DNA from: a virus
Taxonomy: Duplodnaviria > Caudoviricetes
Virus record (IMG/VR): IMGVR_UViG_3300029305_002015
Span: 1-64,000 of that record
Reading direction: 5' to 3' (one strand)
Length of the DNA: 64,000 bases
The notes under the pieces were generated by a model that saw only the letters and a list, made by a program, of their open reading frames with translations, searched no databases and was not told the origin of the DNA. A program made the translations under genes and the position numbers. This document shows positions 51,287 to 58,871 of the stretch, in pieces. The first letter of the stretch is position 1, and every line of letters begins with the position of its first letter.

Positions 51287-51321
51287 ATATGATGGGGAGA
51301 CAATTGTCTCCCCATCATATA
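51287..51321 (+). terminator. Hairpin/terminator after the giant gene
   Basis: ATATGATGGGGAGACA/TGTCTCCCCATCATAT stem. Confidence 0.7.
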
Positions 51322-51386
51322 TTAAGCAACGTTAAACTTTTAATTAATATTATCCTAATATATTATTTTAGAAGGAGGAATTAGCA

Positions 51387-51869
51387 ATGGCTGATAATTC
51401 TCAGATTAAACAACATGTAAGTCTTGAGGAGCGTAATAGATGGGATAAGCTCGTTGAAGACTTTGCGAATCACCTTGGTTCAGGTGGTACTAATAACCAT
51501 GCTATGGCAAATGGTACTGTTCCTGGTTTTAGCCAGAATAACTATACCACTACAGAGAAGAATAAACTTGCAGGCATTCAGGAAGGTGCATTGAATAACC
51601 CTCACCCTGCAACTCACCCTTATACTATGATCACAGGTCTTAGTACTGTTGCTCATACTGGTAGCTATACTGACCTGCTTAACATTCCTAAAACCTTTAT
51701 TGCAGGTGGCGGTAATGCTGATACTGTTGGTGGTATCAGATTCACTGTTGGACCTACTTCACCTGGTTCTCCTGTAAATAATAAAGATGTTTGGTTTGAT
51801 ACCGCTACCAAGCTTGTTAAAGTATATACTGGTAATACCTGGGTACCTTTTAACGCAGTATATGCATAA
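51387..51869 (+). CDS. Short tail-fibre-like protein (160 aa)
   Basis: HVSLEERNRWD, YTTTEKNKLAGI, HPATHP, VAHTGSYTDL, GGNADTVGG fibre motifs. Confidence 0.7.
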   Translation: MADNSQIKQHVSLEERNRWDKLVEDFANHLGSGGTNNHAMANGTVPGFSQNNYTTTEKNKLAGIQEGALNNPHPATHPYTMITGLSTVAHTGSYTDLLNIPKTFIAGGGNADTVGGIRFTVGPTSPGSPVNNKDVWFDTATKLVKVYTGNTWVPFNAVYA

Positions 51870-51887
51870 TAAAATAAAACAGGCTAT

Positions 51888-51918
51888 TCACGGGTGGGAT
51901 TTAATGTCCCACCCGTGA
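51888..51918 (+). terminator. Hairpin between the short fibre gene and the CHxD-repeat gene
   Basis: TCACGGGTGGGA/TCCCACCCGTGA stem; weak T tail. Confidence 0.55.
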
Positions 51919-51972
51919 TTACTACTTCTATAAATAGAAAATAAATCTCATGTAAAGGAGAGTGTAAATAAT

Positions 51973-53280
51973 ATGGCTGTTGCAGTTGGAAATGCTATTA
52001 ATGTGGCTGATATTGCTAATTTATTTAATAGCACAGTTATTGCTAACATTACAAGTGGAGCACATCATCTAAACAATCCTCCTATGGATGGTTCATATTT
52101 TTGTGTTCCATCTAATATGATGGATGACATTAATAATTTACCTACCCCTAGTTTTGGTGTTAGTGGTGGTAAAATTACTGCATCATCAATTGCTACCGCT
52201 CTTATTAATGTTACTCAAAACTTAACTAGAGTTGGTACATTCAGTTATGTACGTACATATCGTACACTTCGAGAAATTCGTAGTAGATATGATCCTCTAT
52301 TACAAAGTACATATAGAGGATATGGTGTTGGATATGTTATTACAAATACCAATACGGTTCGAGCTCAAAAGAATGGTAAAGTTATATTTACTAATAGCTA
52401 TGTTCGACAGCTTGGATCTACTACAGGTGCTACCGCATTAAATTATTCACCTGCTAGCTACTTTGTAGTTAGTGGTGCAACTATTACTGGATTAACCGCA
52501 ACCGGTCTTGCAGCAACATCTATTGTAGTACCTGCTGCTATCAATGGTGTTACCATCACAGCCATTGGCAGTAATGCATTTAGAGGAAGTGTGGCAAGAA
52601 CGATTGAAATTCCTTCTAACATTACAAGTATTGGTAATTCTGCATTCCAGGCTTGTACAGCTCTAACAACGTTAACAATCTATGGTTCTTCTACATCTAT
52701 AGGTCAGTATGCATTCTATCAGTGTACAGCATTAACTACAGTAACATTCTATGGCACCATATCTAGTATTGGTATGTATGCATTCAGACTTTGTAGTGCA
52801 TTGACTGATGTTAATTTCTATTGTAATATTCAGACCATTGGTCAATATTCGTTCTACCAGTGTAGTGCAATTAAATACATTAGATTGCCAAGCTCTGTAA
52901 CAACGATTGGTACATATGCGTTTTATCTGGCTAATGCTATTACTACAGTATACTATGAAGGATCTCAAACTAACTGGAATGCATTATTGATCCAAGCTCA
53001 AAATGGTAATATTACAACTTGTACAAAGAGTTATAATTTTACTATTCCTCAGCCTCCTCAAACAACTACTGCTGGTGCAAATGTAAGTCATACAGTTGTT
53101 GCAAACAATCCGATTACTGTTGCTGCATTAAATGCTTTATGTTCTGCATGTTTACTGGCATGGCAGCGCACATCTAAATATCATTATAGCTATACAAATG
53201 CTACATGTCATAATGACTGTCATAGTAGTTGTCATTATGATTGTCATAATGACTGTCATAGTGACTGTTATAGTGATTAA
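51973..53280 (+). CDS. Tail-module protein with BspA-type LRR and C-terminal (C-[HY]-x-[DS])6 tail; putative radical SAM substrate
   Basis: SIGxYAFxxC LRRs; ends CHNDCHSSCHYDCHNDCHSDCYSD-stop; upstream of three radical SAM genes. Confidence 0.75.
   Translation: MAVAVGNAINVADIANLFNSTVIANITSGAHHLNNPPMDGSYFCVPSNMMDDINNLPTPSFGVSGGKITASSIATALINVTQNLTRVGTFSYVRTYRTLREIRSRYDPLLQSTYRGYGVGYVITNTNTVRAQKNGKVIFTNSYVRQLGSTTGATALNYSPASYFVVSGATITGLTATGLAATSIVVPAAINGVTITAIGSNAFRGSVARTIEIPSNITSIGNSAFQACTALTTLTIYGSSTSIGQYAFYQCTALTTVTFYGTISSIGMYAFRLCSALTDVNFYCNIQTIGQYSFYQCSAIKYIRLPSSVTTIGTYAFYLANAITTVYYEGSQTNWNALLIQAQNGNITTCTKSYNFTIPQPPQTTTAGANVSHTVVANNPITVAALNALCSACLLAWQRTSKYHYSYTNATCHNDCHSSCHYDCHNDCHSDCYSD
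53206..53277 (+). repeat. 12-bp tandem repeat, six copies (TGT-YAT-N6)
   Basis: tgtcataatgac tgtcatagtagt tgtcattatgat tgtcataatgac tgtcatagtgac tgttatagtgat. Confidence 0.95.
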
Positions 53281-53303
53281 CTAAATAAGGAGGAACTATC
53301 ATC

Positions 53304-54053
53304 GTGAAATATCTCACATTACCATTGGATATTGGAGTTATTGAAAATTTTAATCAAGAAGATATAATGATTGATATGTCAGATTTACAATTCCCCTGTA
53401 AACCTGAATTAAAAATAAGATCTGCATTTATCTTCATTCGGAATGTTGATTTAAATATGAATTTGGATTTTTCTAAATGCTCCTTTAAAATGAAGGAAGA
53501 ATTCTTATTAATGTATCTAACAGGGAATATTGGTGTAAATATTCCCTGTATACGTGATACATGGATTGATATTCTTCTATATAGATATAATAAGGACAAT
53601 TTACTTATTGGAATCATGGATTCAAAAGAGATAGAGAAATTCAGTCTGAAACATAATGATCTAATTACAGAAGTATATACATTGATTGCATCTCTACCTG
53701 TAATGGTCATATATCAATATTCTAAATCTCCTGCAACATATGCCGAATTAATAAAATTTGATGGAGAATTTGAAGAGTCTGATTATGATAAAATCAATTT
53801 CAGTAATTTTTCAAGACTTACTGAAAGTAGAAGATTTGGAGGAGTAATGATTGATGTTGATAAATACCCACAGAAATTTTATAAACATTATTTTGCTGGG
53901 AATGATCAAATATCAATGGCTAGGTTAAATGAGAATCTTCCTTTGATGAATCTTCTAAATATCTTCTTTTCTCCTAAAGATACTCAAGAACGCTTTATTA
54001 GCGGATTAAATGATTTACTAACTACGGAGGAGGTAAGTGAAAATAATGAGTGA
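53304..54053 (+). CDS. Hypothetical protein in the radical SAM cluster (249 aa)
   Basis: GTG start after AAGGAGG, 23 bp after the CHxD gene. Confidence 0.75.
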   Translation: MKYLTLPLDIGVIENFNQEDIMIDMSDLQFPCKPELKIRSAFIFIRNVDLNMNLDFSKCSFKMKEEFLLMYLTGNIGVNIPCIRDTWIDILLYRYNKDNLLIGIMDSKEIEKFSLKHNDLITEVYTLIASLPVMVIYQYSKSPATYAELIKFDGEFEESDYDKINFSNFSRLTESRRFGGVMIDVDKYPQKFYKHYFAGNDQISMARLNENLPLMNLLNIFFSPKDTQERFISGLNDLLTTEEVSENNE

Positions 54054-55308
54054 CCATATGTACAATGAACTACAATTGAAAGTTCAACTTCCTCAAATGA
54101 CAATGGATAATTATTTTCTAAGTAAAAATGATTTATCAATATCTCGTCATTTGAGTACTAAGCAAGTTATAAGAATTCCTGCTGCTGAAGTAAAGGAGAT
54201 TCTAGCTGAAAAAGAATATGACATGCCTGATTTCTTGGTCATGTTTGAAGATGGTTTAGCTGAATCTGATGTATCTAAGTATGCTGATATGAGCGATGGT
54301 TATCAAATGTCTGAATACTTCAGTAAAGCAGATTTTTATATTCCTACATTTGATTACTTTAGGGCTGTTAAGTTTGGTGGAATTGATTGTATCATGAATA
54401 TTTATAATGGTAGACAATGTAAGATTCCATTTAAACAGGTTCTAAGTAAGATTAAGATTGAAACTCCTGAGGAACAGGAAGCACATACTGATGTATATCC
54501 TTTCCCAATGATCACAAAGGATACTATTAATTATACGAAGTTCAAGAATGTATCTTATTGTGATAATCTTCGTACTCAGACATATATGTATAGATTTCCT
54601 GCTCTATGTTTAAATCTCCCATATAAGTATTATAAATCTCAGAATATCCCTGAGAATATTTACTTCTGGGATGTTGATACTAAAGAGTTAGGATTTGCTG
54701 GACATTCTACAGATGAAATCTTTGAATGGTTTGAGGATATTTGTAAGCATGGTTTACAGAAACCCTTATATTTCCAAATCTCTCAAGGACAAATTGTTTC
54801 TGCTACAGATGAGGATTACATTAAACTATTAATTGCTCAATATCTGAAGATTCCTACAATTCCAGTTGTAGCATATATGTTAAATAACTCTGCTAAGAGT
54901 AGTATGCTTATTAGTATGAGACCTTGTGATATTATAGGAGCTCGCACAGGTAGCTTAAATACTGATAAAGAAACTTTAACTCTTATCAATGAAATCTGTT
55001 CTCCATATTTTATCTTCTTTAATTCAAACCTTACTGATTCTTTATCAGTAAATGAAAATGTGCATGAGGATATGGAAAATAAAGATGGCCCAGTTTATAA
55101 TCAAATATTTGATTCAACTCATAATGATTTAGATTATAATGAATCATATCTATTACAGAATGATGATAGTAATATATTTGATGATAATCTTGGTGATCCT
55201 ACTCCTTCTTATATTCTCCATGAAAATATGAGGAATGATATTCAGAAACAAATCAATGAAGATATAGAAAGATCATTAAAGCAATTGGAATTGTTATCAG
55301 GTCAGTGA
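54037..55308 (+). CDS. Hypothetical protein in the radical SAM cluster, possible degenerate ParB/Srx-like segment
   Basis: Overlaps the upstream stop, GGAGG SD (start 54037 or 54046); DICKHGLQKPLYF...LLIAQYLKIPTIPV loosely ParB-N-like. Confidence 0.6.
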   Translation: MKIMSDHMYNELQLKVQLPQMTMDNYFLSKNDLSISRHLSTKQVIRIPAAEVKEILAEKEYDMPDFLVMFEDGLAESDVSKYADMSDGYQMSEYFSKADFYIPTFDYFRAVKFGGIDCIMNIYNGRQCKIPFKQVLSKIKIETPEEQEAHTDVYPFPMITKDTINYTKFKNVSYCDNLRTQTYMYRFPALCLNLPYKYYKSQNIPENIYFWDVDTKELGFAGHSTDEIFEWFEDICKHGLQKPLYFQISQGQIVSATDEDYIKLLIAQYLKIPTIPVVAYMLNNSAKSSMLISMRPCDIIGARTGSLNTDKETLTLINEICSPYFIFFNSNLTDSLSVNENVHEDMENKDGPVYNQIFDSTHNDLDYNESYLLQNDDSNIFDDNLGDPTPSYILHENMRNDIQKQINEDIERSLKQLELLSGQ

Positions 55309-55316
55309 TAAATACA

Positions 55317-55366
55317 ATGATATAGATTATATGGCATTGCGCCATATAATCTATATCATCTTTTTT
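55317..55366 (+). terminator. Intrinsic terminator
   Basis: ATGATATAGATTATATGGC-attgc-GCCATATAATCTATATCAT plus T tract. Confidence 0.8.
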
Positions 55367-55409
55367 AACAGCTTAAGTAAAAATCTTATTTTATCAAGGG
55401 GGAATAAAA

Positions 55410-56390
55410 ATGGAGTTAATTATTAAACCTACTGGTAGATGTAACTTTGCATGTACATTCTGTTCAGCAGGAGATATGACTATTCAACATCCTAAGGATG
55501 ATAAAGTTCCTGAACAAATTAAAGACTTAATCAATCGAATGAACCCTACAAGATTAATTATTACTGGTGGGGAACCTTTAATGGTATCACCTGAATATTA
55601 TTATGAACTTCATGAAATGGTACCTGATGCTTATATTAGTCCTACGACTAATCTTAAAGATTTCTATCTAAATCCTGAAAAATGGGCTCCTCTATTTAAT
55701 GAGGAATGGTTTAAAATTACTACATCATTTAACTATGGTGATAGTAGACGATGGGATAAAGATACAGTATTTACAGAAGAAATGTTTATTAAGGTAATGG
55801 ATAAATTCAGGGAGTATGTACCTAATAAATCTCTTCCAATGTTTATTGCTGTAATTGATGAAAGTAATGCTGATAAAGTTATGGATCATATTTTATTAGC
55901 AAAGCGGCTTGATTCTATGTGTAAACTTAATAGAGCTATTGGTGTTGGATATCAAGAAGTTGGTTATCAGCGTTATAAAATTATGAAAGATTATCTTGAT
56001 ATTATTGATGCTGGCTTAGAAAAATATGAATGGAATTGTGCTAATAGAGCAAATGGTACATGTCCATACAATATTCATCATACATGTGAATCTACAATTA
56101 GGTGTGTATATGTAGCTTGTGATGGTACATTACATGTAGGAACATGTGATGAAAGAGTATCTATGGGATATGAAATTCCTGAAGATAAACTAATCAATCC
56201 TTCATATATTCCTAAATATGAGCATATTAACCCATCAGATTATATTAGTCCCAAATGTGCATATTGTGAGTTATTCAATTTATGCAATGCATGTGGAACT
56301 AATAGAATTGAAGCTAAACTGGATCCAAATTATTGTGATGAAATGAAGAAGCTTGAGTCAAGAATAATTGAATCTGGTTGGGCATTATAA
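55410..56390 (+). CDS. Radical SAM enzyme with Cys-rich SPASM-like C-terminus
   Basis: CNFACTFC (CX3CX2C), TGGEP, C-terminal CAYCELFNLCNAC...C. Confidence 0.9.
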   Translation: MELIIKPTGRCNFACTFCSAGDMTIQHPKDDKVPEQIKDLINRMNPTRLIITGGEPLMVSPEYYYELHEMVPDAYISPTTNLKDFYLNPEKWAPLFNEEWFKITTSFNYGDSRRWDKDTVFTEEMFIKVMDKFREYVPNKSLPMFIAVIDESNADKVMDHILLAKRLDSMCKLNRAIGVGYQEVGYQRYKIMKDYLDIIDAGLEKYEWNCANRANGTCPYNIHHTCESTIRCVYVACDGTLHVGTCDERVSMGYEIPEDKLINPSYIPKYEHINPSDYISPKCAYCELFNLCNACGTNRIEAKLDPNYCDEMKKLESRIIESGWAL

Positions 56391-56402
56391 AGGAGGATAT
56401 AA

Positions 56403-57224
56403 ATGTATAAGCGTAAAACCATCTATGCATTATTAACTAGAAAATGTAATCTCTCCTGTCCACATTGTGATGTCCATAATATTGTAGATGATTTTGATAA
56501 AGAGAAGTTTCTTAGTAGGTTAATTCAAACAGAAGGAAAGATCATTCTGTTTGGAGGTGAGCCTACTTTATATCAGGATCGTCTATTTGATATTGTAAAT
56601 GAATGTAAAAAAGCTGGTAGAAAAATTGGATCTATATCTACCAATCTGATGATTCTTAATGACCAATTATTAGCTCTATTTAAAGAAATTGGTAGTGTTG
56701 CAACGTCATGGAATCCTAATAGATTTACACCCATTCAATATGATATATGGTATAAGAATTGTATCAATCTTGCTATAACAGTGAATGTTAAACCAACCCT
56801 AATGATCACATTAGATAATGATCTAATGGAGATGGGTGTTGATGAATTTCTAAAAGTTGTTGATAATTGGGATCCAAATGTATTTAAGAAGATTAAAATG
56901 GAACATCTCAATTGTATTGATAACACTCCAGAATATTTTGATCGAGTAGATGATTTCCTATGTGAATTATATTCTAAATGGAGATCTGATATTTATAATG
57001 ATATCAATGGACGGATCAAGAATTGGTGGTTTGATTGTACAGGAGTATGTACAATTGAGCCTAATGGAAATATTATTCCTAAATGTCCACATGATGTAAA
57101 TCCAACTATTCCTGAAGAGTGTTATTCATGTGAACGAGCGGATGTATGTAGACCTTGTGTATTACAACATCATTGCTCATTCCCAAAAAAGTTTGCTAAA
57201 TTAGTTTCTGATGGAGGTAATTAG
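56403..57224 (+). CDS. Radical SAM enzyme with short SPASM/twitch-like C-terminus
   Basis: CNLSCPHC, FGGEP, C-terminal CYSCERADVCRPC...C. Confidence 0.9.
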   Translation: MYKRKTIYALLTRKCNLSCPHCDVHNIVDDFDKEKFLSRLIQTEGKIILFGGEPTLYQDRLFDIVNECKKAGRKIGSISTNLMILNDQLLALFKEIGSVATSWNPNRFTPIQYDIWYKNCINLAITVNVKPTLMITLDNDLMEMGVDEFLKVVDNWDPNVFKKIKMEHLNCIDNTPEYFDRVDDFLCELYSKWRSDIYNDINGRIKNWWFDCTGVCTIEPNGNIIPKCPHDVNPTIPEECYSCERADVCRPCVLQHHCSFPKKFAKLVSDGGN

Positions 57225-57225
57225 A

Positions 57226-58368
57226 GTGACATTTAAAAACTTTCCAACATATATGACAGAAGATGAATTTATCCAATTCTGGAAGGAATACTTCGAAGAA
57301 CATCAGATGAAGGAGAAAGAAGATGTAAACATTTATGTACACTATCCATGGTGTAGAAGTGTATGTAAATTCTGTATCTTTGGTGCTTTAAAACTAGAAG
57401 AGAATCGTCATCTGGTGGAACCGTATGAACGAGCAACTTTAAGAATGATGGAACGAATGGCTCCAATTATAGAAACTCAAAAGGTTTCTGAGTTGTTCTT
57501 TGGTGGTGGTACCCCTAGTTTATGGACTATGGAATCATTAAAAAGAATGACTGAAATCTTACCAAATTATGATAAGATTGGGATTCGTCGTACAGAGATA
57601 CATCCATCTGATATGACTGATGAGCGAATGGAATTTATGATTAATACGATGAAGTTTCATCATATCAGTATTGGAGTTCAGTCATTTGATAAAGCATCTT
57701 GTAAAGGTCAGAACAGAATTCATATTTCTCCAGAACAACTTGCTCATGTTGTTAAGACGTTTCAGAAAGCAGGTTTATATGTAAACTGCGACCTAGTAGC
57801 ATTATTCAATGGACCTGATGAGAAGAACTGGGATATCTTTAAAGAAGATCTACGAATAATGGAAACAGTTGTCCATCCTGATGCAATGACTGTATCTCCA
57901 AATTATCGAGAAGATTATTATAATAATTCTATTAAATTCCGTAAGATCATCAAAGAGTTCAATGATACTCAAACTGGTGGGTATCATTTGAATTATGGAG
58001 ATCAGGCATTTTCTCTTGATAAGATGGATATTATTCGTCATATGGATAGACCTTATATTTTCCTTACTGATGAATATGCAAGATTTGTATTAGATCATCC
58101 AGTACTTAGTGAAACTAAAACTAAGGAAGAAATGGATAATCGAAATATGATTGCTTTTGGTGGTATTGATGGTGAAGGTGCATTTAGTAGAACTGCTGAA
58201 TATCACTACATCAATGGTATATACATCCCTCAAGACGATGAATTCCATTATAGATGTAAAAAGAAATCAATGTTTGAAAGATTGAATATCAAGAATGATA
58301 ATGATTTCTATAATAATGAAATTCATATTGGTCAGGGATTTGTACTTCCACCTCCAACCCGTGAATAA
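57226..58368 (+). CDS. HemN/HemW-like (class C) radical SAM enzyme
   Basis: YVHYPWCRSVCKFC, FFGGGTPSL, ISIGVQSF, VNCDL; GTG 57226 after GGAGGT (track start 57211). Confidence 0.85.
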   Translation: MTFKNFPTYMTEDEFIQFWKEYFEEHQMKEKEDVNIYVHYPWCRSVCKFCIFGALKLEENRHLVEPYERATLRMMERMAPIIETQKVSELFFGGGTPSLWTMESLKRMTEILPNYDKIGIRRTEIHPSDMTDERMEFMINTMKFHHISIGVQSFDKASCKGQNRIHISPEQLAHVVKTFQKAGLYVNCDLVALFNGPDEKNWDIFKEDLRIMETVVHPDAMTVSPNYREDYYNNSIKFRKIIKEFNDTQTGGYHLNYGDQAFSLDKMDIIRHMDRPYIFLTDEYARFVLDHPVLSETKTKEEMDNRNMIAFGGIDGEGAFSRTAEYHYINGIYIPQDDEFHYRCKKKSMFERLNIKNDNDFYNNEIHIGQGFVLPPPTRE

Positions 58369-58405
58369 CCGACAGTTCTTTAATATATTTAAGGAGGTTT
58401 AATTT

Positions 58406-58612
58406 ATGGAATTTACTGAAAGAGATCAGCAAGCTATTAAAGAATATCTTGGATATATCCGTGCTGGTTCTAAACGTATCTATGAAATTGATGATAGTAG
58501 ATATCGTGATGAAATTGCAAAGTTGATGCAAGAGGATGTAGATGCAGGTAGATCTACTGGTCATGAACGTAGAGCATTACGTGAATATAATGAACGCTAT
58601 AGAAAGGATTAA
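58406..58612 (+). CDS. Small hypothetical protein (68 aa)
   Basis: AAGGAGGT SD. Confidence 0.7.
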   Translation: MEFTERDQQAIKEYLGYIRAGSKRIYEIDDSRYRDEIAKLMQEDVDAGRSTGHERRALREYNERYRKD

Positions 58613-58623
58613 GGTGAACTAAT

Positions 58624-58830
58624 ATGGCTAAGAAACATGTTATCAAATATTGGGCTAGATTACTTCAGAAAGGAACTTTTAAAGAATCCGAAGTTCCTGA
58701 AGATATCAGAGCTGAAGTAGTAGCAACATCCTTATCTCTTCCTCCTCGTGAAAGTATTTTCGATGATACGAAACCTGTTGTAGAGGAAGATGCTGAATCT
58801 ACTAACACTAGTGAACCTACAGAAGAATAA
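58624..58830 (+). CDS. CD1375-like small phage protein
   Basis: YWARLLQKGTFKESEVPEDIRAEV resembles the CD1375 pattern found near Firmicute phage tail modules. Confidence 0.5.
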   Translation: MAKKHVIKYWARLLQKGTFKESEVPEDIRAEVVATSLSLPPRESIFDDTKPVVEEDAESTNTSEPTEE

Positions 58831-58833
58831 AAG

Positions 58834-58866
58834 AATAAGAGGGAGCACAATGCTCCCTCTTATTTT
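58834..58866. terminator. Bidirectional intrinsic terminator
   Basis: AATAAGAGGGAGCA-caa-TGCTCCCTCTTATT between convergent genes. Confidence 0.85.
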
Positions 58867-58871
58867 ACTTA

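Noticed and set aside
53206-53277. c-type cytochrome haem-binding motifs or a CRISPR-like array
   Set aside because: Spacing is CX3CH with overlapping units, not CXXCH, and there is no export signal; the DNA units are contiguous 12-mers without spacers
39725-53280. Diversity-generating retroelement or invertible tail-fibre cassette
   Set aside because: No reverse transcriptase or recombinase in the window, and no near-identical repeat pair differing only at adenines was seen; the repeats are diverged at protein level
55410-58368. Radical SAM genes as a DNA-modification (QueE/7-deazaguanine) or RNR-activase module
   Set aside because: No folE/queD/queC/dpdA or nrdD neighbours in the window; Cys-rich C-termini and the adjacent repeat-tailed protein fit peptide modification better, though this is not excluded genome-wide
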